Origin: Bugula neritina
Lineage: Eukaryota > Animalia > Bryozoa
DNA length: 64,000 nt
Assembly (NCBI GenBank): GCA_964035545.1
Contig: OZ037766.1
Coordinates: forward strand, 21,626,767 to 21,690,766
Reading direction: 5' to 3'
The position numbers and the translations under genes are program-made. Below are positions 40,101 to 64,000 of the stretch, piece after piece. Every line of letters begins with the position of its first letter. Position 1 is the stretch's first letter. The notes under the pieces were generated by a model. It was not told the origin of the DNA and made no database searches. It saw only the letters and a list, made by a program, of their open reading frames with translations.

Positions 40101-41252
40101 GATTATTTATGTGTTATTTACTCTTCAATTTTCTTTAAGACCATCGAAACTTAATCTCTAACCACTTGCGTGCAACTTTACCCGGCTTTATAACCTTCTT
40201 TTCGCCTTAATATTGTTTGCAAGGGCATATTACCTATGTAGTCGATGACATGCAAGTTAGTAATGTAGGTGCTATTTTCTACAACTGAACGTTTAAAGCT
40301 TAGATTGAACAACAATTATTGCACTGGCAATATCAATTTATTCTACAATTATTAGTCAAAAATTTCACACTGTGCACCTATCTTTATAGGGCAGTTTGTT
40401 GTACTGGCCTCAAAACAAAATTGTAAACTGAAGCTAAGCAAAAATCTTCAATTCTACTCTTTCAAAGGGAAGCTTCAGGCTCAGAGATAGTACAATCTTG
40501 AATCAAATGAAACATGGTATAGTAGCTGTAGCATTTGATATTTAGAAAAGGGTAAACGGTTTTAGGGTATTGGAAATGGAATTGTTGCAAAGCTTTATAT
40601 CAAAACCTGCATAAAACTAAAATTAACATTTAAAGCTTGTAATAATAATCTGCACTAACATTTAAATGATAAACTAAGGCAATATAGCTATTCCACTCTA
40701 GAAGTAGTAGTACTGCTTGTTTACATTTGTAGTCATGACTATGCTTTGACTACTTGCATTGAAGTTGTTGTCGAGTTGACCTGTTACTGGGAAATTTGTA
40801 TTGACCAAAACATCACTCTGTCATAAAGCCATAGCAAGTAACCGAAATAAAACAATACAGGCTAAACAATAACAATACTGACTATCTAACCAGTTTACTC
40901 CAGCTTGGAATAAGTTTGAGTCAGTGGTGCGGATTACCAGGGTGTTTGTTTTTAAAAGGGGTAGCAACTAAACATAAGGCAACTTGCATATAATAAGTTA
41001 TATCTATATTTTTTTAATTTGAATATGTACAAATTTTTTTCACATTTTTCTTTAATTTTATTGTCAAATTTAAAATTCATCACAATAAAAGTTTTACAAC
41101 TAACTACAGACAGACATAAAGCTACACATTTTGCCATAGGTGTTGCTGATTCCGGCTGCAGTGAGTAACAGTATAAAAGGCTTTGCCAGAGCCACTGGTG
41201 AGAAAACGAACTCGAAGACAAGTTGGCTTTGGCAGTGTCGCAACAGCACTTT

Positions 41253-41258
41253 TATAAA
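41253..41258 (+). promoter_or_regulatory. TATA box of BHMT
   Basis: TATAAA 43 bp upstream of the ATG at 41296. Confidence 0.55.
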
Positions 41259-41295
41259 TCAAGATATTACTACTATATTGTTACATACAATCATA

Positions 41296-44200
41296 ATGAC
41301 CAGCAAAAAGGTGAGTAGTTTTTTTAAATGCAAATTTGATTAAATAAATTCTACTTTATAACTTGGTCTTATGAGTTATGAGGCCATTTTATTTATTATT
41401 ATAATTATATACATGCACATAATATTCTAGAAATGTGCACAAATTGTGCTATGTTTATCATTATGCTGATTGGATAGTTGTAAATGGAAAGAAATAGTAC
41501 AACCAGTTATAAAAGCTTATTGCTGGTCAGCCTTTAATAGGCATAAGTTTATCGTTGCATTTTGTTTAATTTGTCCTGATTTTATTTTGTATAGAATATG
41601 CAAAGATAAAAGAGTTTATAGAACAAATGTTACTTTAAATTTTTGATCAATAAATTAATTGATGTCTTTACAGAGCATCCTTGAACGCTTGGACGAGGGT
41701 GTGGTAGTCGGAGATGGCGGCTTTGTGTTTGCTCTGGAGAAACGAGGCTATGTCAAGGCTGGACCTTGGACTCCAGAGGCAACCATTGAGCATCCTGAAG
41801 CTGGTAAAAAATAGTAAAAACGAAAAGGGGCAATGCCAAGGGGCAATGTCAAGGGGCAATGTCAAGGGGGAGTTTACAGGCATGTACTTTACTTTTATGG
41901 GCCGTTTTCTATGGAAGCAGGACTTGTGGTGTTCCTAAGTATTGCTAAAACAATTTCAGATTGAGAAATGTTTTTTTAAATTCAGTCATTAGAAATACTA
42001 TCTTTATAAACTGTTGCTGACAAAGTTTTTCTGAATTTTTTTTATTTCAATAACCTAAACTTTGAGAATAACTTGAAACCCATTAATATTATTAAGGCTG
42101 CAAAGAAGTTTCTTACTCTTGAAATGTGCTCCATATATCCTAGACATTGGCGCAATTTCTTTAATGCTGAACATCTGGATGTTGTATTTTATAGTAAGAC
42201 AACTCCATAGAGAGTTTCTCCGAGCTGGTTCAACTGTGATGCAGGCTTTCACTTTCTATGCTAGTGATGATAAGTTGGCCAACAGAGGGAACGAGGCATC
42301 TCAAAAACTAACTGTAGGTCTACTTCTAGTGTTGATTTACTTGAAAAGGATTTGTCTAGTCATGTGTCTGAAAAATAATTGCCCCAACTGGGATTCGAAC
42401 CCAAGACCTCTGACTTGCAAGCAAGTTTGCTAGCCATCGCACCACAGGGACCACTGGGTAAACTCACCACTACAGTATCTTTAGTGCTTTTAGTTGCTGA
42501 TAATTACATGTTTGTCCTGGTACAGCATATACTGAGTTTATTTATTTATATTTCCTATAGAATTTCTTCGTTGTAACATAAAACTTAAAGCTATATATTT
42601 GTAAAAATGCTGTTGCTTGGACCGTTATTTAGGCTAATATTAGCTGTTCCGATATCTCGAGTAAAAGCTTTCCAAAATTGTTTTTTCAAAATTTTAGCAA
42701 AACTTTTTGGAAAATTATTTTGTAGTGTGCTGCAATAAATGAAGCTGCCTGTGAGCTAGCCAGAGAAGTAGCTGATGAAGGGGATGCACTTGTTGCGGGT
42801 GGTATATCGCAAACCCCCACTTATCTGAGTGGTGGTAGCAAAGAAGAAGTTCAAGCTCAGTACAAGCAACAGCTTGATCAATTTGTTAAATGTGGAGTAG
42901 ACTTTTTGATTTGTGAAGTAAGTGGTTTAAATAATGCAATTCTTTATGACTATTTACAGGTATTTTTCAAGAAATCATGTAATCATGTCTGTCATATTCT
43001 ACTAGATGAATGTTTTGTATAAGCTGTTACACTTCACTATATTTGATCAATAGGATTATTGCTATGCTTTGACATAATTTTTAGTTTAATTTAAGTAGCT
43101 CTTCCTTGTGTACCTGTAGTTTGTAGTGCTATAATAAAGTTTTAATGAAATTACATTTTCATTTGGTTTTTTGATTTGCAGTACTTTGAGCATATTGAGG
43201 AGCTGGAATGGGCTATTGAAGAGAGCCTTAAGACTGGGATGGCTGTTTGTGCCAACATGTGTATTGGACCAGAGGGAGATCTTCATAATGTATCAGTTGG
43301 AGAATGTGGTGTACGCATGGCTAGAGCAGGTAAACTACTGAGTCCATTTTTCCTTTGAATAAACAGGAAGTTAAACATCATACTTTTCCTGATAGATAGT
43401 CCAAGCCTTAATTGATAAATATGCTATGCATTTTAAGTATAGTTTGTAAATTAGACAATTTAAGCAATAAAAATTGTAAATATTTGTTGCTCAATTAAAA
43501 GCATATAAGTGTAGTTTGCACCAATAACTTCAGCTTTATCAGGGTAGTAAAATACTCAACCCGACTAGAAAACATGGATCTATGTATGTATTTTACAATT
43601 GCTTGCTTTCAGGAGCTCATGTGGTTGGTTTGAACTGCCACTTTGATCCAATGACAACTCTTGATGCAATGCAATTGATGAAGGATGCTTTGGATGAAGC
43701 AAACCTCAAGGTTCATCTCATGTGCCAACCCCTTGCATTCAACACCCCTGACGTATCAAAGCAAGGATTCATCGATCTACCAGAGTTTCCCTTTGGTGAG
43801 CTTTAATTCTTATAAATGTCAAACGTCAATTTTATTCACATACTTGTGAGAGTTTTTGTGTGAAATATTAGAACATCAAAATTCAATATATCCATTTAAA
43901 GCACTTTTTATTGTTTAAAAAAAGTATGTTGAATTTTTTACTTGTTGCTGCTGTAGGTCTTGAGCCAAGGATATTGACAAGGTGGGACATGCATGCCTAC
44001 GCCCGCAGAGCATATGACATGGGAGTCAGGTACATAGGCGGTTGCTGTGGGTTTGAACCCTACCACATTAGAGCAGTGTCTGAGGAGCTGTCTAAGGAGA
44101 TTGGGAAGTTACCAGAAGGTTCTAAAAAGCATGACCCATGGGGAACTGGCTTGAAGATGCACACAAAGCCTTGGGTTAGAGCAAGGTACCAGATATTCAA

Positions 44201-44995
44201 TATAATTTTATTCTTTCTTGTTGCATATTTTCTCGATAGAAGATTTCCCAAGGCTTAACTTGTGTATCTGCAGTTGAGGCTTCTGCAATGTTTGAGTAAG
44301 ATTTTATAAAATTAGCAACTTGCAATTGTTACACCTACTTAATTTACTAGCCATTTTCTTACTAACTGACTTTCCTTTAATACAACAATGTAGTATTAAT
44401 AGGGGCAACTTGGGTAAACTCGTAAAAGTCTGTTCATGACATTGCATGTCAGTGTGCTTTATGTAAACAAGATGGGAAATAAGGAGTTATCCTCCCAATT
44501 GTTCCAATCAATTTTTTATGTTGATGAGGGTTAAATTGTTATTACTTATACCCTTATACCCATTTCTCAATAATATGGCATAGTATAGCATATACATGAG
44601 AATTTAGAGAATTTCTATATTCACTGTAGAGCTTCACGAAACTATTGGGAGGTTCTGCAACCAGCCTCGGGGCGTCCTTTTGCACCCTCATTATCTAAAC
44701 CTGATGCTTGGGGCGTTACTAAGGTGAGACTACGCTACAAATTTTTATAACATGATCATACTGACTCAGAAATCTTGATCAGCAGTCTCATACATAGAAA
44801 TAATGTTGCAGCTTAACCTATTCTCATAATGTGTTGTAATGATTATGTAAACAATGGTTTGATTTGTAGGGCTCAGAGATGTTGAAGCAGCAAACTGATC
44901 GCACTAAAGATGAAGATATCTCCAAGCTACAAGAGTACAAGCATACTCATAGTGGAAAGTGCCACACTCGTCATGGTATTGCTGCTGCATCATGA
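41296..44995 (+). CDS. BHMT: Betaine-homocysteine S-methyltransferase
   Basis: Exons 41296-41310, 41674-41803, 42195-42313, 42726-42917, 43182-43329, 43613-43795, 43957-44185, 44630-44723, 44870-44995. Motifs [66 protein letters not shown]. Confidence 0.97.
42375..42455 (-). mobile_element. tRNA-derived SINE head or tRNA pseudogene in BHMT intron 3
   Basis: Minus-strand A-box TGGTGCGATGG and B-box GGTTCGAATCC; poor acceptor and anticodon stems. Confidence 0.6.
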
Positions 44996-46896
44996 AATTA
45001 ACTCTTCGTATTACCTTACTGTAACATAATTCTGTGTGTTAATTCCTATTTTTCATTGTATTAATATTGAGCAGCTTTTTTCTTTTATAAACTAGTCTTG
45101 TATGTTTCGAATCAACGTTTCCATTGCGATGTAAAACTAGCTAAATATGTATGTATATATTTCTAGATAATTCTTTTATATATGCATTAGTCTATATTAA
45201 TAAATATAACAATAAAGTGAAAACAAGAGGTGCTGATTTAGAATGCCAATACTTAAGTTTCCATCTATATTCTATTCATACACTTGGAAAGGTTTATGCT
45301 TTTGTACATCTAGCCTTATAAAATAAAAGTACTTTGCTTTATCTGCTGTTTTGTTTTAAAACTTGAGGTTGCATATCTACAGGGTGATAAGAGACCATAT
45401 ATCTAGTTATGAAAAGTTATTCAATAGGTAAATACTAATAGAATTGTTACTTAATTTGTTGTATATAATTACTATACAGTGTTAGCAGTAACTAGTACTA
45501 TTGTAATGTGATATGAATACAAAACATCAAGTTAATTTCGTGACAATCCGGCAACAATTAGTGTTTCTAGTGCCACCAAGCCTAACAGAACCATCACCAC
45601 AACGGTGTCCTCATATCCAATTATTTTCAGATATGTACATATGTACAAAATGTATTACAAAACAAACTTACCTTCCAGGAAGTTGGACTTAATTGAGAAC
45701 CAAAACATATTATGTGAATAACTTTATACTACGTAAATGTAATTCGTTGGGGATTCTTATGATACATCTATGCAAAGCTCTGACAAATTATTGAATTATT
45801 TATAAAAAATTGTGCATTCTACATGCATAAACTGCATTAATTTATCCAGGACAGAAAAAGTTCTGGGCGAACTTGAACTTGAGCATAGATTGCAAATTAT
45901 CCACTAAGTGCAATATTCCAGATTCTGTAGCATTAACAAAAAAGTTTTATAAATTTGCCCCTTAATTTTTATTATGGTATAAGCTTAAAAAAGATTTATG
46001 ATTGAATATGACTTAATATTATACTTCTGAAGCATCAGTTTACTGTATATAGTAAATCGTGAGTTTTTTGGGCCTATAATAATAACAATAATCATATGTA
46101 CTTCTCGTATAAATTTACAATTTATCAGATTTGAGAACTGATATAAATGAAATTCTTGTATGATAAAATTATAAATGATAAAACAATACTTAAGAAAATT
46201 ATATTATAAACTGCATTTTATTGCTTTTAATACACTCTATAAAACATTTTACAGTGGTACCTGTTGTAGCTTCCCACACGACAGCTTTTCAGCATAATGC
46301 AATGACTACTGGTTTAATCATCATCTGGCATGTATATCAAGTTTAAATAAATTATAACTATAATCTAAATTCTAATATGTGTGTATATAATGTACATATA
46401 ATATTATACACGCAAATGCATATGCACATGCCCACGTACACGCACATACATACATACACACATGCACATGCTCAAACACATAGAATTATTTTTTAGGACT
46501 TATATTTTATTTTACATTATTACGTCAATACTCCTGATACTAGGCGACGAAATCATGGTAAAACTATAATTTGACCGAGTTGTGCTCTCTCTAATACGCA
46601 TCTCCCGTAAAAAAGAAACTGTTTTTAGCTTAAATGATCATTTGTTTATGGCATAACAGGTATGAGAGACAATACCAGATGCCCGTTGAAATAACGTAAA
46701 GTTGCTGATAAGGAATTACACTATTTTGAAAATGTTGCGGAATAGTGCCTACACAGTGATAAGAAAGCAGTTGAGATATTTGTACTCCTTCAAATTCAAT
46801 CAGCCTGATAGTCATACTTGTAGTAAGAAGTCTTTCAGTCCAGCACTTACTTATTTTCAAAACTTTTTAAAACGAAGCTTTCAAACTACGTCTAAT

Positions 46897-57500
<10,604 letters not shown>

Positions 57501-58092
57501 ACTTGCTCATGACCCATCATTATGACTGGGCTAGATAAACCTATTAAACTTCTTGTGACATTGTTGTTACACACACCCACAGTGTTGCGTTACATATTCA
57601 AATTATTTGTATTAGAACAAATCTAATCTTTTGTACTTTTTAGTGTGCTGCTTTTCAGCCAATAGAACAATTATACTTTATTTTACTTTCTATAAATTTT
57701 ATTTCATTAGTGAATTATAAGTTTCACAATCTCTTTTGTAATGATATTACAGTATATGTAAGTAGTATTAATATTTGTGATTCTTTAATTGGGATAACAT
57801 TTTTTAATATAAACATTTATGTTGTTGCCTATAATTTAATTTACATTAGCACATAAAACAGCAATATTGCCAAATATAAAAATCATATTTTTATGACCTT
57901 TGGAAATTGTGATGTCTACATTATAATATTTTCAAAATATAAGTAGATAGATACAAGCTTGCGTATGGTAAAGGTTGTGTGGTAGATAAAAATACATATA
58001 TGCACATTAACATAGTTACCAAGAAGCAAACTTGATAAAAATAAATATGATAGAATGAGGCTTTAAACTAGAAAAACATTGAATACCAATGA

Positions 58093-60012
58093 CTAAATTC
58101 TGTTCAGTGGTATAATGAAGGATATCTGGTCTCCTATAAGCCCCCACGAAGCTCGGTTTATTTGATAGAGAGAAATCCATATAATTAGAGCTATTGTCCA
58201 AACAACACATCCAACCAATGACTGTAGCACGTCTAAAAAACAAACAATTTTTTACAATTCTTCACCTGTAGGCAATTGCACCTTTTACTCACCAAGTTAT
58301 TGTTGCACACTTGAAAATTATAAGACGAAAAACTAAATTTAAATGTGAAGTGCCACAAAAAGTCACTAAAATTAACAAAGTTTGCTTACAAGATCTCATC
58401 TTTTTTTGCTCAGGGAATTCTGTTGACTTGAAGGCATATTTGAAGAACCATACAGCATTGATAGCCCATACAAATGGCAAGAGAGCAAATCCAGCTAAAA
58501 CAAAGAAATGAAAACTTGATTCAAATATTTGCATATTGCAAATGAAATAGTTAGCAGTCCCAGTCTACTAGCATGGCACAAGTTTTACAAGGTAGGTGGT
58601 TTAAATCCTAAATGGGCCATTGGTGAAGGTAAGAAAGACAGTTATAATTTCGTATGTGCTATTTTGTAGCTCTGAAACCTTATCAATAGCATGGCTAGTG
58701 CCATAGCCCTCAGAAACACATCACATTCAAGTTCCCACAAAGACTGCCACTAAAAACGAAGCACATTACACATATAATTACAAAATCTCACAAACATAAC
58801 GTAATGTAGGTAGTGTTGTAATGTTGCTAATCACTATACATGTATTTTAGAAAAAAGCAATAAAGTTTAAACAAGAATATTATTTTGATGCTGAAATGGG
58901 AGCCGACGAAATCAAAAGTGATAAGTACACACTAAAATAGCCAAAAACATTTGATTTCTACTCCGGATATGACAGTTATGAAACAAGAGAACGCCAAGTA
59001 TAAACTTAGACTTACCGAGGTAGTATTTCCTACATATCTTCAGTTTTTCCTCATTAGAAACTTTTGACAGATCCACTGAAAATATATAAAATTCAGCATC
59101 AACAGCAAGCAATAATAACAGTTGCTGCATCAGAACTTAAACTTGGTTAATTATTTTCTCTTGCCATTATAAGCATAAAGGGAGCATAACTCTATTCAAA
59201 TAAATCTAGTAATTTTAGTTGCATTAACATAAATATAGTGTAGGTGTGGCCTGCCTGAATGCAATAAGTATAAAAGAGAGTGAGAGAAGACAACAATAGG
59301 GAGCTAGAGAGAATGCTATAGAGACAATATAAAGAGAGAGATAGAGTGAAGTTTTGAATACACAGAACTTGTGTGTATGGATATATAGGAATATAAGATA
59401 AAAATGGGTTAGGAGGGTGTGCCGATGAACTAAAACTTCAGTTACAGTTTAACGGGGTGTGCTGTGCGTGCTCAGTCCTAGACTGTGGAGCATCACCAAA
59501 CGAATACCCTAACCAGAGGCTTAACTCCCCATACAGATTGACAGGAGCTAGAGTTACCTTGCACCCCAGCTCAGCAACCAGTAATAATATACTGACCCCG
59601 AGCTAACTCGAAAGCTAAGATATAATATTATTTGGTGAGTTGACAAAAAAACCCTAAAAATGAATACACATTTTTATACAGACTACTAAAATCGCAAAAT
59701 CGTACATATAAATATATAATCTGGCTGCAAAATAGTTTAAATTGTAAATATAACATGAGTGGCCAGCAGTTAGCACCAAGTATTCCTATACAGCTTTGAC
59801 ATCATATTTGTTGCATTGGATTTATATGTTTGCTCAACGTAAGGATTAAAAATCCAGAGGGTTGTAATAGTACATCTTCTGAACATGACAAAATTTCGCT
59901 GTATATCTTTAATATTTTAAAAAAAGTGATTTTGGAAGTTGATGGACCAAAATTGTTTGTACGGCTATATTATAATATACATATATATAGCAATACAAAT
60001 TTATATCTTACT
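58093..60012 (-). CDS. PSENEN: Gamma-secretase subunit PEN-2 (101 aa), start codon split by an intron
   Basis: Exons 59075-59016, 58494-58390, 58232-58093 plus one upstream A (probably 60012): [38 protein letters not shown]...WGLIGDQISFIIPLNRI. Confidence 0.92.
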
Positions 60013-60689
60013 TGTTTTTACTAAATCACCAGGTGAGGTATCAGATATTTGTTGAGGCTATATCTTCTCAAAATCTGCTCTCAAAACCTAAAACCAAAGC
60101 AATTGCATTCAACTTCAGCCTTCGAGAATGATCTACGCTACAAAATAACAAAAATCACATGCAGGTGAAATGTGTTTAGACAAGTTTGGCGCTGAATGTG
60201 AGCGTAATTCAAAATGCCAAATTGTCAAATTTAATTTTGCTTTTGTTATAGAACTTGCATCTCACCTCAATATTGTTTGTTACTGTTATAGGCACTTAGT
60301 TTTACAATTACTGAGTCACGAATATAAAACAGAGTATTCTACTATTCGATAGTAAAACTTTAGTTTTTACTGTTGATACTTATAATCTCTTTCCAATTTA
60401 TATGTTGTAGGCTATAAGTATATCTGATACTAATAGTAATATAAATAAAATACATAATATCAGTTTATGTAACTATAAGATGCACAATGGCAAGCTGTAT
60501 CAGTATGAGTATAGCAATAGTTATTATATAATTGCTATTTCATGCAATTCATATGCTGGTAAGTTTGAATTTCAATAATTAGATTGTTAACAGACAGGAC
60601 TCGCTATCTTGATCACACACTCCTGCAAGATCTGAAGCTTGACTAGCACTTTGATTAAAAAACAAGAAAAGCGATCAAAATTTTGTGAG

Positions 60690-61090
60690 CTATTAATCAC
60701 ATGCTATACTCTGCATCTACCGAAAGTGTGACTGATACTAAAGTATAGTGCCACTTTGTGGGATCCCACCAGCAAACAAACCATTGAATCAAAAGTATTT
60801 AACAGAAAACTGTCAAGAAATGAGAAAGTGTCCGGAAGCCGAGAAATTTTCTTGAACTTATAATACAAGAGATGAAATCCATGACATTACTACACAAAAA
60901 TCTATGAAATGAAATCTGAAACAATCATCTATATTCTAATTATGACGAGGTCATTAACAGCCAATAGAACACAACTATGACAACTATAGATGCAAGCAGA
61001 AAACAGTCGACATAAATATCTGCAAAGACCAATATTCACCTCAACCGTTTTCTTCCTTGAATAATAGCAGACTTGAGAATAAATTGTCGC
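60690..61090 (+). mobile_element. Degraded non-LTR retrotransposon 3' fragment (CR1/L2-like RT C-terminus)
   Basis: Translatable remnants LILKYSATLWDPTSKQTIE and KTNIHLNRFLP resemble the usual RPxLEYxxxxWDP and FFPRT motifs; many stops. Confidence 0.45.
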
Positions 61091-62314
61091 AACTCTAAGT
61101 CACAACAAATTAGTAGTGTGCTGATTCACTGTTATACTCACTACAACAGACTGTTATAAATAAGGCATTTAAGCTGAAAATTTTGTAATAAGTTCTAAAT
61201 GTTTATTGATTATTTGACAAAGAGTGAAAATATCATTAATTGATCATTTTGATTATCAATATGATTATTATAATGATAACCACTATCAGAATGTAATTCT
61301 ATATTTAAATTTATTTCTAGATTTATTTATTAATTTTCAGCACTATAACTTATAAGCTATAACATTAACTATTGTTTGGTGCATTAGTTTGACAATTAGT
61401 ATTACTAATAGTATAAGTATTACCTGTTCTAAATTGACTAATAGTAATACTAATAAGTAATAGTAATAGTAATAGTAATAGCAATAGTAATAGTAAGACT
61501 AATAGCAATAGTGATAGTAATACTAATTCAATTACTATTACTATTAGTATGAATATGATTATCAGTATCAGTATGATGCTAATACTAATAGTGATAGTCA
61601 GTATGACTCTATGAGTATCAGTATGAGCTATGAATTATGAGTCTATCACTCTAAGTCTATGTGAGTATCACTATCACCATCAGTGTGAGTGACTATAACT
61701 ATAAGTATAAGTATAAGTGTAACTATTACTGTATTAGTATTAGTACTACTAGTATTACATTTACTACTATTATTATGATTATCAATATTACTGTTGATAA
61801 TATTAATAATAATAAAAAGTAAAACGGGCAACATTCAACAACTTGAAATATCAATTTAAAATTCAAATAATATTTATATTAAATTAATTAATTATTATCA
61901 TCATTATCATTATGCTCATTATGATTATAATAATCATTATTATTTTGGCTAAACACAGCATAAAAAATCAAACTTTTTCGTTTTAATCTCATCAACTTTT
62001 ACTTTGAGATTGTGATTAGGTTGAAATTAAAAACTGAATCAGTGAAAATTAATGTCAAACTCAATGCAAATACCACAGGCACTTGAAGTTGAATATAATA
62101 TTTATACGGAACTACATTACTTTTAACACTCCATGCGAGAGTTGTTATATTTTGACAAAAAACTCTTGCACGAATTTGGGCGAATCACAAGTAAGTATGA
62201 GCTGTGCTTGAAAGGACTGCACGCAATAAAAACCCCGATGTAATGTTCCAGTATTATTCGACAAATATTGATCTCGGTCTATTTTAGAAATAAATTGGTG
62301 AACAAAATATCAAC

Positions 62315-64000
62315 ATGGCGGAATATCTTGCTTCCATTTTTGGAACAGAAAAAGACAAGTAAGTCTATTACAATGATTATAGCCAACTTAATTTTTGTAA
62401 GTTTTACTTATTTATATATAAGCATAAATTGATTTTTAAATTGTCTGTTGTTTGCATTGTCTATAATTTATTCATATTAAGTTCGATGGTTAGTCATACT
62501 GATACTCATACTCATAGTCATACTCATAGAAATAGTCATAGTCATAGTCATAGTCCTGCTCATGCCCATGCTCATGCTCATACTCATACTGTCATAGTCA
62601 TAGTGATAGTGATACTGATAGTCATAGTACTCATAGTCATACTCACATAGTGACCGTGAGACTTGACTGACTTTGAGACTCAGTTAAAGTCAAGAGTGAA
62701 GAGTGAGACTCTCATACTTGTCATTACATAAAATTGACACCCTATTAGTATTAGCCTATATCAATATGCAATTAATTTTTCTCTGTAATACTCTACTTCT
62801 AGTTCTAGTATTACTAAGCAACTGTTACTTGTACCGGTACCTGTTGACATTCATCATTCATGTTGATGCTGATACTGAAACGACTGATAGTGATAGTGAT
62901 ATTCAATTTCATATTCACTTATTGATATTCATATTGCTATAATAACTTCATATAAATCAAATTGTAATCATAATCATAATGCTTATAGTTATATTATTGT
63001 AGTTTACTACTAGTAGTGTTAGATGTTAGTACAAGTATCCTAGTAGTTTTTATATTATAATAATGATCCACTTAGAGTTAGTTAAGTAGTATTTACTATT
63101 ACTAGTAGTACTAGTAGTAGTAGTAATTTCTTGACGACCATTTAAAATTTATTACTTTTAATTTTATTTAATCAACAGTAATTTTAATAGTTATAATAAT
63201 ACTATGAGTATCAATATGTGATGAAATAAAAAATTATGTCATGCTGATAGCTAGTTAATACTTAAAGTTAATATCAATATTAATATAGATAAAAATAATT
63301 CTAAAGTTTATTTTTCAAGCCAAATATTAAAAAAATAATCCTATTGTAGGTAATGTTATTATGATGAATTAGTTTCAATAATAATTTAGAGTATTCATGA
63401 TGATAATGTGTTTAAAATTTATTTATTTCAATATTAATAGTGATACTAATAAGTAATAATATTATACAGTGTTATTACTATAATACTATTAACATTAATA
63501 TATTATAGACTATAGTTATAATACCTATAAGTATAAATGTGAGCTTGCTTCTATTCATTGGAATTACCTGCAGTTATTAACAATATCAATGTAAATATGG
63601 GGCTTAAAACTTTACAATGGTTGTTTCATTATCTTGATCTAAATCGGTGCAAATCAAGTTAAGTTCAGCTGATATCTCAGGCAAAACTTTCAGGTTTAAT
63701 TTATTTTTCAACTCCACTAATGCAGTAACTTAGTGAACACGTATTTTGCTTGCAAGTCATTGAAGCAAGTCAATAGTTTTGATACTCTTCTAGATATTTA
63801 TATGTATTCAATGGTTCGATTAAAAATTCATTTGGTCCCTAATATAAGCTGAGTTGATAAAGTAGGAGCATCAACTAATGCTACTCGTGTGTTTATTCTA
63901 TGCTTTCAATATTTGTTTCAATATTTTCAGGGTCAACTGCTCGTTTTATTTCAAAATTGGAGCTTGCAGGCATGGTGACAAATGTTCTCGTCTTCACAAT
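62315..64000 (+). CDS. U2AF1: Splicing factor U2AF small subunit (U2AF35), 5' part
   Basis: Exon 62315-62358 ([15 protein letters not shown]) and exon from 63931 ([23 protein letters not shown]), the invariant U2AF35 N-terminus. Confidence 0.97.

Noticed and set aside
42375-42455. Functional tRNA gene
   Set aside because: A and B boxes are present but acceptor and anticodon stems pair poorly; better explained as a SINE head or pseudogene.
61646-62942. Short ORFs rich in I/V/T/H/S near U2AF1
   Set aside because: By-products of the triplet-periodic low-complexity tracts, not genes.

Overview
AT-rich, intron-dense animal (invertebrate-type) genomic DNA; the species cannot be fixed from sequence. 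Host genes in order: 3' end of NUP210 (+), HENMT1 small-RNA 2'-O-methyltransferase (-), a ~622-aa single-pass tyrosine-motif adaptor resembling PAG1/Cbp in architecture (+), a ~505-aa orphan (-), BHMT (+), ADA (+), PSENEN/PEN-2 (-) and the 5' end of U2AF1 (+). Mobile DNA: a very young full-length Ty3/Gypsy element (10954-18455; apparently identical 305-bp LTRs, GTAT TSD, tRNA-Leu PBS, gag/pol -1 frameshift), a defective Tc1 element in ADA intron 1, tRNA-derived SINEs, a LINE remnant and Penelope-type hammerhead ribozymes. Most notable: (1) the Gypsy element carries a third, non-env gene reachable only by splicing, encoding a zinc-finger / Arg-Ser-Pro / coiled-coil protein, like a complex-retrovirus accessory gene; (2) a degenerate A-N-T triplet/hexamer texture marks the first introns of the apparently TATA-less genes but not the TATA-box gene BHMT; (3) the Gypsy probably sits antisense in intron 1 of the piRNA-pathway gene HENMT1; (4) PSENEN and U2AF1 are head-to-head, as PSENEN and U2AF1L4 are in human. 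All exon models were read by eye from GT-AG sites and frame continuity; no database searches were run.
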